Positions 41,901-53,799 of a DNA stretch of 64,000 nt are shown here, one piece after another. The notes under the pieces are model-generated. The model made no database searches, had not been told where the DNA came from, and worked only from the letters and a program-made list of their open reading frames with translations. The translations under genes were made by a program, and so were the position numbers. This DNA comes from Botryllus schlosseri. Taxonomy: Eukaryota. Where the stretch lies: NCBI GenBank assembly GCA_051294905.1, contig CM119372.1, positions 9,054,001 through 9,118,000 of the forward strand. Reading direction: 5' to 3'. The number at the start of each line of letters is the position of its first letter. Positions within the stretch are counted from its first letter, which is position 1.

Positions 41901-42830
41901 TAAATGAAGGAGCATCTGGAAAACAGAGAGACTTTATTCTCAAATTCCAGAACGCATCAAAGTGCTAGGAACTTACTGCAGGACTTAGATCTCTGGCCGT
42001 TACATTCAATGTTGGGATCATGCCATTCTTGAACACTCTTTTCGCTTAATGATGGCAAACTTGCATTGCGAGCATCATTGATATCACTCCTGCTTGCCAC
42101 ACTTTTATTGCTAGAATCATAAGATGACCGCGTTCTTGAAATTGGCATGTCTTGTATCTGAATACTTGGATTATGTTTCTTCCTTGCAGTGCAGGAAAAA
42201 CATAATCTACAAATTATAAACGTTTTACATATATGTACCATATTTCACGGAATAAAAGGGTATACCTTGACCATCAGTTGACGCCGAATTATTCAAAAAT
42301 TGTTTGTTCAGCTGACGTTTTCGTTTTGGCCGCTGCGCTTCATTTTCAGTCCAGACAATGACAAAGACGTGAGCAAGCCACTATACTCTCCGCAGCGTTT
42401 ATTATATCACTAAAAGCTACCTTCAATACATCTAAAACATATGGATAATGTAGATGGCAAAGGTAGGCCCACTTGGAAAACAATATACTAATTCTGAGTT
42501 TAAAACTGATTACTGGATTAGCATTTCATATGTATCTTTTATACAGAGACCGATTGCGATCATCATATTATGGTTGCTTTCTATTCTTAGCCTTACCGTG
42601 CTATTTGCATTCTTACGCAACCACCAGCCATGCAATACTATTATAGATACAAACAATTTCACACAATTCACAATTCATAAGATATAAGCTAGTCTGAATC
42701 AATGAGATCACTTCTACATCGGTATTCCAGCTTTTATGTATTACAGCAACAGCAACCGATTGTTCTTGTTCAACAAAAAGCACAACAGCAAATGATTGCT
42801 CGATTTATTGATCGACTAATACCCACCTGA
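38956..42830 (-). pseudogene. Decayed spliced DUF4806/BEN-like transposon accessory gene
   Basis: Exon-like minus-strand pieces: FAVVLFVEQEQSVAVAVIHKSW (~42750), RPKRKRQL (~42330), DPCETLSQLEHL* (~41640), VAALMGIRGVQLPETVGNMMTRIA...KGQNNK (~41230), ACRSAHPD...DQVARSL (~39000); in-frame stops. Confidence 0.5.
39253..40990 (-). mobile_element. pogo/Tigger/Fot1-like DNA transposon with internal deletion of the DDE domain
   Basis: TIRs taggggggggtgggggaatttgagta / tactcaagttcccccacc...cccta; flanks ctagag/ctaaag; repeated tactcaatttaccc motifs; ORF 40444-39665 joins a pipsqueak-like N-terminus (MPRNYKKKR..YTTQQLQQAVKEI) to post-DDE GSGLYPVN. Confidence 0.8.
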
Positions 42831-43544
42831 AGACCTATATTCATTTACAGCAAATCCTTAAAGTAAGGTTGGAGTAAGTTGATATCCAGGAAATGTGCTC
42901 ATGATTAGCCGCACAAGTTCTATAGTTTATTAGTTGGTTTGATATGAATCAAAGAATTATATTCAGATATAGCCGCCAAGTTATGATATGGACACCATAT
43001 TACCAGAAAGACTAGACTAGTTCTATGAAGTTATATCGTATTACCTCAAGACAAGTCCTTAACTATGATTATATAAGAAGCATAGCCTATATATAAATTA
43101 CCTTGCACAGAGCAGTTTTCGGTATTCTTCTATGCTTGGATTAGCCTCAATTAACTGCGATTTCCCTGAACGCAACTAAAACCAAAACGACAACGATATC
43201 TGCACTACAAGCCGCCATTATCAGAGCGCTTCTGTCTTTTGTCTGACGATTTGAAACCTGCGCGCCGAAAACCAGAGTGAAGTTATCACACAAAATTCCA
43301 ACTGCTGTCATCTGGGCCGAATACTTGTATGAAATTTCCAAAGCGGAAAAAAGATATGACCTACCATTACTATATTTAACGAACTACCTCCAGGAGGATG
43401 AGTTATTACCCTTTCTGGACTCAATAGTGGTATAAATTACATACTAATATGAGATAGCTTATTTCCAGATGCATAAGTACCAGTAAATGACCACCAAAAT
43501 TTCTGTGATGTGATCGCATTCGCAACAATACACCATTGCTTCGA

Positions 43545-44440
43545 TCAATTTGACCCTGTCAATATATTTTATCGGTAGGGTAACTTATACTTTGTTCCGG
43601 AAGATAAGTTATACCTTTTCTGAATCTAATAGTCATCTATTTTACACCCACACTAGAGACAACTCATTTCGAGGTACACAAGTTACTCTAAAATACACCT
43701 AAATATGTCGTATTATCGCTACAGAGGCCAATTCACATTCGTTTCACGCATTTTGTCCATGCCAATATATGTTATCGGTAGGGTAACTTAAACTTTGTTC
43801 CGGGAGATGAATTATACCTTTTCTGAATCTAATAGTCATCTATTTTACACCCACACTAGAGACAACTCATTTCGAGGTACACAAGTTACTCTAAAATCCA
43901 CCTAAATATGTCGTATTATCGCCACAAAGGCCAATTAACATTCGTTTCACGCAACTCGACCATGCCAATATATGTTATCGGTAGGGTAACTTAAACTTTG
44001 TTCCGGGAGATGACTTATACCTTTTCTGAATCTGATAGTCATCTATTTTACACCCAAACTAGATCGAACTTATTTGAAGGTACACAGGTAACCATAAAAT
44101 CCAACTGAATACGTCGGATCTGATCGCTACAAAGGGCAATGCACAATCGCTTCACGCAATTTGACTATGTGAATATATCCTATCGGTAGGGTGACTTATA
44201 CTTTATTCCGAAAGATAAGTTATACCTATTCTGAATCTAGTACCCATATATTTTACGCCCAGACTGCGGACAAGTCATTTCGAGGTACACAACTCTTTGC
44301 AAAATTCAACTAAATAAGTGTGATATGATCGCATATTGAGACAAACCACAATTGCTTCACACGATTTGACCATGTCAATATATTTTATCGGTAGAGTAAC
44401 TTATACCTTGTTCCGGAAGATAAGTTATACCTTTACTGAA
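43545..44440 (+). repeat. ~204-bp tandem repeat (about 4.5 units), with inverted copies at ~45979-46260
   Basis: Anchor atcggtag at 43571, 43774, 43977, 44182, 44387; each unit has the dyad taacttat...ataagtta or a variant. Confidence 0.9.
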
Positions 44441-45010
44441 CTTTCATCGAGGCGAGTCCCGAAAGGCTGGCTTTCGAAAAGTATAGTCGATTCATATTTG
44501 AATGCCATGGTCAACCGCACAAATTTGTGCGCTGGACGAAAAAAAAATTGCGCAGTACCGTGTGATGTCACCAGGAGTATTATTGACGGAAGAGATTTTT
44601 AAAAATTTCATCGTCGACTCGAAAATAATGACGGCGAAGTGTGCCACCTGTTGCTGTTTCCACTGATATGGGAAGATCACTTTATACTCATTTCATTTTC
44701 AAAGGCAAATAGCTAAATTGCGATTATAAACTCCCTGGCTGATCACAAATTATCAAGTTGTTTGGTATCGAAGTTGAAAAGCAATTTCAAGGGTTTTTTT
44801 CTCCGGAAATTCAAAATTGACGGACTCCAATTCGAAATGAAATGTTTGGTAAAGCAGACCGACGGAATGAGCTGCGGCGTTTGCGTTTGCTTGGCTGCCA
44901 ACGCTCTGTGCAAGGGGATATTGCCACCGAGATTACCAGATATGATGCGTAGTAGGATCGAAATCATCTTTTTCGTCTTTGCTAATTCAACACAGTCTCC
45001 ACTCCTTTAA
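44440..45010 (+). pseudogene. Ulp1/SENP (peptidase C48) SUMO-protease-like domain, 5'-truncated, two in-frame stops
   Basis: Single frame: GWLSKSIVDSYL...*...LLLFPLIWEDHFILI...*IAIINSL...KQTDGMSCGVCVC (His and Q-x5-C motifs). Confidence 0.75.
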
Positions 45011-45861
45011 TGAAGGCTGATAAGCATGGAGTCCTCACTAAAGCATATCCGGCATTGAAAAACACCCGAAATACATGCCGGTTTGATGCTGTGACAAAGT
45101 CACTATGTCACATTTTGAAGGAGACGAATTCGTTGATGTCGTTCAAACCAGGCAATAAATATGCCGAATTATCGAAGCTGGTAATGACAAGACAGGAGAT
45201 TGCTGATGATTTTTATGACTTATCGGTTAAAGAAGCATGCGATTTCTGCGATTTCGTGTATGGCGATCAGTTGGATTCTGAAGAGTTTCTATCATCTCCT
45301 TACGTATCAACTGCCTTGGAATGTTTCAACTGCGTACCATTCGTGAGCGTCGAACGTGAATCTCAATGCTGCAGCTGTGGTAATTCAATTTATAAGCAGA
45401 ATAATCGAAGAATAGATCTGATGCTCCCAGTACCCAGTTCTTGCACAAGCATACAAACTTGTTTGGACCATTTCAAAAACGAAATCGATTTCAGACATTG
45501 CAGCGTTTGCAACTCCGCCAATAACTTGGTCAGAATTAGTTTGACGTCGATCTCTAAAGTTCTAATCATTTCGTTGGCAAGACAATCAACTGGCACCTCA
45601 ACAGCCGCTACGCCAATTCAAATTGACGAAAAGATCAAAGTATTGCTTCAAGATGGTAGTACCCGTACATATACTTTGAAATCCGCAATAACTTATAAAA
45701 GTTGCAATGATGCTGGTGGTCACTGGATGTCGTACTCGTTCAATTGCCTTGGGGGGGCTATATGTTTCAACGACTATCAGGTACATTTCGTGGACGTCAA
45801 AGAAGCCTTCGATTTCATCAGAGCAAATGGGCAAATATTGTTCTACGAAGCTTTATTATAA
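45010..45861 (+). CDS. Intronless ubiquitin-specific protease (peptidase C19/USP) domain, 283 aa
   Basis: Cys box LKNTRNTC, QLDSEEFL, two CxxC pairs, VLIISLAR, His box YTLKSAITY...GGHWMSY, FND, GQILFYE; AATAAA ~40 bp after the stop. Confidence 0.8.
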   Translation: MKADKHGVLTKAYPALKNTRNTCRFDAVTKSLCHILKETNSLMSFKPGNKYAELSKLVMTRQEIADDFYDLSVKEACDFCDFVYGDQLDSEEFLSSPYVSTALECFNCVPFVSVERESQCCSCGNSIYKQNNRRIDLMLPVPSSCTSIQTCLDHFKNEIDFRHCSVCNSANNLVRISLTSISKVLIISLARQSTGTSTAATPIQIDEKIKVLLQDGSTRTYTLKSAITYKSCNDAGGHWMSYSFNCLGGAICFNDYQVHFVDVKEAFDFIRANGQILFYEALL

Positions 45862-46949
45862 AAAAATCTGTCGACCATTCTTTCATTTTCGTTGATAATA
45901 AAAATTATTGTTTTCACACCTGAACATCGGTCATCACTCATAACTATTGTTTTTATTGAAAGTATATGACGATTGCAATCAGAAAAGGTATAACTCATCT
46001 TCCGGAACAAAGTTAAACTTACCCTACCGATAAGATATGTTGATATGGTCAAATTGCATGAAACGCTGTTAATTGCCCTCTGAGGCGATCAGATCCGACA
46101 TATTTAGGTAGATTTTAGGGTTACTTGTGTACCTCGAAATAAGTTCTCTCCCGTTTGAGTGTAAAGTAGACGACTAAGAGATTCAGAAAAGGTATAACTT
46201 ATCTTCCGGAACAAAGTATAAGTTACCCTACCGATAAAATATATTGACAGGGTCAAATTGATCGAAGCAATGGTGTATTGTTGCGAATGCGATCACATCA
46301 CAGAAATTTTGGTGGACATTTACTGGTACTTATGCATCTGGAAATAAGCTATCTCATTTTGGTATGTAGTTTATACCACTATTGAATCCAGAAAAGGTAT
46401 TAACTCATCCTCCCGGAGGTAGTTCGGTAAAAATGGTAGTGGTAGGTCATATCTTTTATCCGCTTTGGAAATTTCATACAAGTATTCGGCCCAGATGACA
46501 GCAGTAAATTCCATCACACAAATCGAAGGGTATTTACTAAATGTGACATGTAACAACATGAACGGTTGTATCACCATACTGATGAAACAATGGCGTATCC
46601 GGATATGGTATCCGGATTTGGACACTGACACATGATAAAACGTATATAGAACTCTGTCCATACCAAATTTTATGCAGATCTGTCGCAGAAAACGTGTCCA
46701 AAACAGACAACTATGATTTATCGCAGGTATCATTTCAACCAAATACAATACGCAAGACGATGATACCATTTCAATTATCGCTACCGCATCAAAACGCAGA
46801 AACGGTCTGTAGTCGAAACTTGTCAAAATTATAATGGAACCGAATTTCAGCGAATTCTACCGTCAAGTTCGAGTCGAATTTCATCACTACTTTTAAGAGA
46901 CATTGCGCGAGTATCATCACCTAACCAATATTTGTCGAAAAATAGGGTC

Positions 46950-47590
46950 CGTGGACATATTAGCATGCGACACAATAGCAAGCGACACTTGAGCATGCGA
47001 CACTTGAGCATAGCGACTTTTGGTCATGGCGACTCGTGGGCATGTAGACATATCAGCATAGGGACATATTAACATGAGGACATATTAGCATGGCGACACA
47101 TAAGTATAGGGACACACGAGCATGGATACACGTGAGCATAGGGACACATCAACATGGTGACAATTTAATAAGTGCCACTTGAGCATGGTGACACATGAGC
47201 ATGCGATACATGAGCCTTGACGACACATGAGCATGGGTACACAAGAGCATGGGCACACATGCGCATATGGACACATGGGCATGGGGACATAAGAGCAAAG
47301 GTGCACATAAGCATGGGGTCATGTACGCATGCGACACTTGAGCATGCGACACGTCTACATGCAGACACTTGAGCATGCGACACGTGGATATGCAGACACT
47401 TGAGCCTGCGACACTTGAGCATGCGACCCTTGAGCATGGGACAGCTGAGCATGCGACAGTTGGGCATGCGACACTTGGGCATGCGACACTTGAGCATGGG
47501 ACACGTGGATATGCAGACAATTGAGCATGCGACACTTGAGCATGCGACACTTGAGCATGCGACACTTGAGCATGCGACACTTGGGCATGT
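46950..47590 (+). repeat. 15-bp minisatellite (gacacttgagcatgc)n, left arm
   Basis: Direct reading; reverse complement of the 50985-51840 array. Confidence 0.9.
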
Positions 47591-49401
47591 GACCATATAT
47601 TAGCGAGTAACCAATTTGATTGCCGCGCGAGGAAAGTGGCAAATTGATTGAGTGGGTGGGTGCATGGTCTGTGACTATATGGATTTGTCTGAAAAGCTCC
47701 AAAGATCGGGGTAAAGCGATAAAGGTTGTCATTGCTCCACATATATTGGAATCGTTTACACCAGACGAACTAAAAGGATATATCCTTTCGTGAGACGAAA
47801 GCAATTCCAAATTTGCAATTCGACACGGGACTTATTATTTTATTTTGTGGGTCTCAATTCATACGTGAGGTTCAAGCTGCGAGCGCTGGTCTTTTCGGCG
47901 CCTGGACAGTGGTCATATCAATGTTGAACATTTTGGTCAACATGTGGCGGTTATTTTATTTCAAGGTTTTATCGCCGTCAGTACCTACAGGGAGTCGCGT
48001 GTTGCCCGAAACGTGGGTCTCGTGGTGTGAAAATGCCAAACGCCGAAATGCCAGTCGATCTTGAAATATGGCGTTTGAGCAAGCGTTTTCCGAGTCCAAC
48101 CGTGGGCAGACTCAAGGCCTAACTCATTCCCTTTTTTACGGTTTGGCCCTGAATATATTGCGAAAATTGCGCTGTGAGCATGTTTGGTGCCTGCACTCAC
48201 AATTTCAACTGTAATATATAGCACCGTTATAAGAAGGAAATCTTGTTCTAGCGCGTAGGCTGCGTAGGCTATTCCCAAATCGGCGGACATTTTTCACCAG
48301 AAAGGTTTCCGATGGATTCGCAAAATCGGTTAATTCCTCACAACGCTCTGTTTTATCACTTAATATAAAATGTAGCATCAAGATATGTAGAACGAATGGA
48401 CGATGACTGTTACTGAAAAACCACACACAAGCTGTTGTCTACAATAGCGATCATCCAATCCTAACAAGAACCGAATCTTCAGCGATGCGGACAAATGCAA
48501 TACACGATGATAGATGACCTGGCGCTTTATGAATGTACGCAATGTTAGATCATCGCAATTCAGTTGATAAAACCGTCCGTCCCTGTGTATGGCGGAAATA
48601 GCAACAACGCGGTACCAATACCCATCATCAGTAATCCAATAAATAGCTTGTGCTTATGCCTGAAAACTTCAGGATGAAGTCTGGTGTTTCATTATTTGAA
48701 AATATTTGCTTTGGCTACTACAGTATGTCAAATAGTCATGTTATTGAGCGGTGTTATTTCGTCTATACATCCAGCGTATAATTCTAATATAATGTGTTGA
48801 CGTAATTGAAGGCAATATTAGGCAACCAACATCACACCCACACCCGCGTATGGCCAGATCGCGAGAAATTAACAAAACCGCAGACGTCTGCAAGCAGTCA
48901 TCAAGCTGTCTAATCTATCGAGTAAAGACTCGAAACCGAACAGAACAACGCTCGAAATCCTACCAACTTGGTTGACACCTCTAATCACAACGAGGTGAAG
49001 AAGTTTGGTTTATCACCCTATGGGAAGCCCAAGACCAACCAATGCACAAAAGCGCTTTTTCATGCTAATCTAATTTTTCGATTGTCCTTATTTTTGGGTC
49101 CATGTCGATGGCAACCCTGCTTATAAAGAAAATTTAATGGTATAGCTATAGCCTACCTCTGGATCTCACCGTCCAGCTAATTCAAAGACATGTACGATGC
49201 ACATATAGACTTCTATAGATGCTATATCGGTTGTTTTAGCATTGCTAGATAAAGACTGGCGAGTGCTATACATTGAAATATACTAAAAATGCATATCATC
49301 ACTACAATATACTATATATAATGTTATGTAATAGCTCTTCATACATTCCAGCAGTTAATGCACAAGTTTGATTGGGATTATACGCTGAGTAATATTGGTA
49401 A

Positions 49402-50388
49402 TAGGGATGGTGTGAACGTGAGGTTCACGTTCGCGTTCTGTGTGTGAACCTCGAAAATTTAGAGGTTCGCGTTCACAACAGAACCTTGGTAGGTTCTGCA
49501 CTGTGAACCTTTCGGTAAATTGTAATTTTCACTCCATTATAAGATCTTTGGCTCAAATTTATTGCATTTCAACTGCGGACCACTCCATGCCTGGTGCTGG
49601 CAGCATAAAAAATCAACACTAAACGAGCATGCACCATGCACCTCGACAACCTTAAACGTTTCACTTGCTTTGTTGCAAAAATTTTCTCGAAATATCCAGC
49701 TTTCCGTTTGTGAATATTTAGTGACTCTCTGCTGTGAGCTTGACCCGCAATCGATATACGTAGTCAGCGAATGATGCTTATTCAACCAATCAATTACATT
49801 GATATCGTCTTCTGATGTAAAAAATCGAACGGTCGTGCTGGGTCAATCTTGACTTCATATCTTTACTGTATCATTAAAACCAAATCCGTGCGATTTAGGT
49901 GCTTGCTACTGCAGCATAACTTGTTGTTTGTGGTATCGGTAGCTAGTATAGAAACCCGTTGTACACCCTGCTCAATATCAATGTAGCAATACTCAGACTC
50001 CGAACACATTGTCCGGTCTGGCTAAGACCGTTAAGGCGTAAGCTTATATTCCTTGGTAAGTCCTCGTCGAAATTGTTGGCAAAGCGACGGAATGTATTGA
50101 TTTCATGCAATTATCATATCCTTTGATTACCGCGGTTGATACATTTAGCGACGTTTAAAACGCTGATATGTACTTCAGCATTGTGGCATTATGTGGACCG
50201 AATCTACGCTATAGGTATCGTGTACCTGTACAACATTAATATAGGGCATAGGCTATCACTTCATTGAAAGAAAGGGTTGGAATTAGCAATATGACGTCAC
50301 GAGGTTCACGTTCGTGTTCACACAGAACCTTTCAAAAAGGTTCACGTTCACACGAACCTGAACCTTTCAGAGGTTCACACCATCCCTA
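49402..50388. mobile_element. hAT (Ac-type) MITE nested in the MULE-type element
   Basis: TIR TAGGGATGGTGTGAAC / GTTCACACCATCCCTA; GGTTCAC/GAACC subterminal repeats; TSD approximately tggtaata/aggtaata. Confidence 0.75.
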
Positions 50389-50984
50389 AGGTAATATTGC
50401 AATTTATACTTGACTATCAGCCGATACTTTGATGCCAGTAAAATTGTGTCGAAAGTTACTCTTCACAGAGACAATCTGTAAAGGTCTATGACCATCAGAA
50501 CTCAGGATATATCATTTTCTGACGGGTATAATAAATCCATGGTTTCGACGCTATTCTGCAAAAATTCTCTTTCTCCGTTTTCAGAAGAGGCCTTTGGCAA
50601 ACATCAGCGACTGTTTATAATATTTTAGTGGCATATTCAGGGGTCTATCAGAGCCGCAAGAAGGTTAGCCGGGTTAGGAATCACTGGTTTAGAATCTAAT
50701 TTCAGAACAAACGCTATATCCAGTATCGTGGCGTCCCCGCATCGACAACAAACTTCATTCTACATGGGTATGCACATGCACACTGCACAGTGCACAGTCC
50801 TGTGATGTGCAAGATTAAAATATACAGACTGCAATTTCCACTGATGTCATGTTTCACTAACCGCAGTCGAAGCTAGCCGTGAAATCGAGTTATTTTATTT
50901 ATTAATAAAAGCATGTTGTGGTGCTTATCACAGCGTGGTTTTTTGCACCACGTGACAACAAATTCCATCACTAACACAAGCTAA

Positions 50985-51840
50985 CTTGCTCAAGTGACAC
51001 ATGCTCAAGTGACGCATGCTAAAATGTGACACATGCTAAAATGTGGCACGCTCAAGTGTCGCATATGCTCAAGTGTCGCATGCTCAATTGTGGCATGCTC
51101 AATTGTGGCATTTCCAAGTGACGCATGCTCAAGTGTCGCATGCTCAAGTGTCGCATGCCCAAGTGTCGCATGCCCAAGTGTGGCATGCCCAAGTGTCGCA
51201 TGCCCAAGTGTCGCATGCCCAAGTGTCGCATGCCCAAGTATCGCATGCCCAAGTGTCGCATGCCCAAGTGTCGCATGCTCAAGTGTCTGATGCTCAAGTG
51301 ACGCATGCCCATGCCCAAGTGTCGCATGCCCAAGTGTCGCATGCCCAAGTGTCGCATGCCCATGTGTCGCATGCCCAAGTGTCGCATGCCCAAGTGTCGC
51401 ATGCCCAAGTGTCGCATGCCCAAGTGTCGCATGCTCAAGTGTCTGATGCCCAAGTGTCGTATGCGCAAGTGTCCGCATGCTCATTTGTCACCATGCTAAT
51501 ATGTCACCATGCTAATATGTCACCATGCGCAAGTGTTAACATGCTGAAGTGTCCCAATCGTTATGTGCCCCCATGCTCACGTGTTACCATGCCCATATGT
51601 AACCATGCTCATTAGTCCCCACGCTAATGTGTAACCATGCTCAAGTGTCGCACGCTAAACTGTCCCCATGCCCATGTGTCCCCTTGCTCATATTTCAACA
51701 TGCTCATATGTCCCCATGCGCATGTGTCCCCATGCTCATGTGTCCCTATGCTCATGTGTTACCATGCTAATGTGTCCCCATGCTGTAGCGTCGCATGCTC
51801 AACTGTCGTTTTGCATTGTGTCGCATGCTCATATGTCGGG
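50985..51840 (-). repeat. 15-bp minisatellite (gcatgcycaagtgtc)n, right arm
   Basis: Direct reading; explains the AQVSH/HATLG repeat ORFs. Confidence 0.9.
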
Positions 51841-51845
51841 CAACC

Positions 51846-53280
51846 GAAAAATAGCACATGGCCGTCTGATTTAAGATGTCACCAATTCAATTCTCGATAC
51901 GGCATCAAAATGTAGACACGTTCACGAGTCGAAGCTTGTCCTGAAGCATGTTCGAACTAAGTTTCATCGAATTTTACCGTCTTGTTCCGGTTGAAATTTG
52001 AAAGTAGTTTCAAAAGAATCCGTGCAATTATCACCTGGCCAACGTCTTTCGCAAAATTACACGTATAGCTCTCGGATTAAAGACGCCGATATTTCAATCA
52101 TAGACAAGTGCTCCACTTCTAACCACGTTCAGGAGTCGAGTCTTGTCCCAAAGCATAATCGAACCGAGTTTTAGCCAATTCTATCGTCTAGTTCGAGTCG
52201 AATTTCATCTCTACTTTTCAGAGAAATTGCGCGAGTATCATCACTCCGCCAATGTTTGTCGAAAAATAGCACGTGGCCGTCTGATTTAAGATGTCACCAT
52301 TTCAATTCTCGATACGGCATCAAGATGTAGACACGTTCACGAGTCGAAGCTTGTCCTGAAGCATGTTCGAACTAAGTTTCATCGAATTTTACCGTCTTGT
52401 TCCGGTTAAAATTAGAGTGTAGTTTCAAAAGAATCCGTGCGATTATCACCTTGCCAGTTGCCAACGTCTTTCGCAAAATGACACGTATAGCTCTCGGATT
52501 AAAGACGCCGATATTTCAATCATAGACAAGTGCTCCACTTTTAACCACGTTCAGGAGTCGAGGCTTGTCCCAAAGCATAATCGAACCGAGTTTTAGCCAA
52601 TTCTATCGTCTAGTTCGAGTCGAATTTTATCTCTACTTTTTAGAGAAATTGCGCGAGTATCATCACCTGGCCAACGTCTTTCGCAAAATTACACGTATAG
52701 CTCTCGGATTAAAGACGCCGATATTTCTATCATAGACAAGTGCTCCACTTTTAACCACGTTCAGGAGTCGAGGCTTGTCCCAAAGCATAATCGAACCGAG
52801 TTTTAAACAATTCTACCGTCTAGTTCGAGTCGAATTTCATCTCTACTTTTCGGAGAAATTGCGCAAGTATCATCACTCCGCCAATGTTTGTCGAAAAATA
52901 GAACATGGCCGTCTGATTTAAGATGTCACCATTTCAATTATCGATACGGCATCAAAACGTAGACACGTTCACCAGTCGAAGCTTGCTCTGAATCATGTTC
53001 GAACTAAGTTTCATCGAATTTTACCGTCTTGTTCCGGTTGAAATTAAAGTGTAGTTTCAAAAGAATCCGTGCGATTATCACCTGGCCTACGTCTTTCGCA
53101 AAATTACATGTATAGCTCCAGGATAAAAGACGCCGATATTTCTATCATAGACAAGTGCTCCACTTTTAACGACGTTCAGGAGTCGAGGCTTGTCCCAAGG
53201 CATAATCGAACCGAGTTTTAGCCAATTCTACCGTCTAGTTCGAGTCGAATTTCATCTCTACTTTTCAGAAAAATTGCGGA
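51846..53280 (+). repeat. 210-bp satellite, forward orientation (~7 units mixing variants A and B); degenerate first unit at ~46765-46945
   Basis: Reverse complement of the 53800-62758 units; continues across the MULE TSD. Confidence 0.9.
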
Positions 53281-53799
53281 TCATGCACTAATTATCCTCT
53301 GGTCATCGCAGTAGAACAGATTCGAAGGGCTCTGGATGGATTGAATCTTTTTAAGATATATTACTGGCACCAAGAAGTATGCAGGCAATCCAGAGTCCAT
53401 AACAGATCTGATGAGTGAACGGTAGACACACAAAAGAGTCTTCTAGCTGGCTCCCCAACTCGCGCCATTTGTCTAGGATAGAAATATCAGCGTCTTTTAT
53501 CAGAGAGCTACACGCGTAATATTCCAAAAGACATTGTTTATCTATAAACAATTATGAACATTTGGGTCACTTGCGGCTCGCACAATAATCTTTGTAAGGT
53601 CTTTCCGCCTTTTTTACGTCCTTTTTTTTTGGTATTTGATAATGACATCGTTCTGGAGTTCGGCTCTCTCTTCCTCTGGGATTTTCAAGGCGATGTATTT
53701 ACAGCGGTATCGGCGACAAGGTGCCCAGAAAAACATCCGACACATAGAAACATGGCAGGGCCAAGACTCGAACCAGCAACAATTTCATATCCAAGTAGA

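Larger units (their letters stand above)
37732..43290. mobile_element. CACTA/EnSpm (CMC)-type element, left portion; right end not seen in window
   Basis: Terminus CCCAGCAAACAC after TA, interrupting another element; internal decayed spliced DUF4806-like gene. Confidence 0.55.
43301..46505 (+). mobile_element. Non-autonomous foldback DNA transposon with ~530-bp repeat-built TIRs carrying Ulp1 + USP protease cargo
   Basis: TIR actgctgtcatctgggccgaatac... at 43301, reverse complement ending at 46505; perfect 8-bp TSD AAATTCCA (43293-43300, 46506-46513). Confidence 0.85.
46946..51845. mobile_element. MULE/Foldback-type transposon with 15-bp minisatellite TIRs
   Basis: GG...CC termini (ggtccgtggacatat / atatgtcgggcaacc); perfect 9-bp TSD GAAAAATAG (46937-46945, 51846-51854); possible decayed MULE transposase traces (ILSDKTE) on the minus strand at ~47700-48450. 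Confidence 0.8.

Noticed and set aside
46371..46505. Peptide TAVIWAEYLYEISKA.KRYDLPL... open in both TIR arms
   Set aside because: Differences between the arms are largely non-synonymous and no convincing start exists; treated as non-coding TIR
47085..51915. AQVSH / HATLG / MRHLG / VACPS pentapeptide ORFs
   Set aside because: Open in several frames on both strands because the 15-bp minisatellite lacks stops; these are TIR arms, not pentapeptide-repeat proteins
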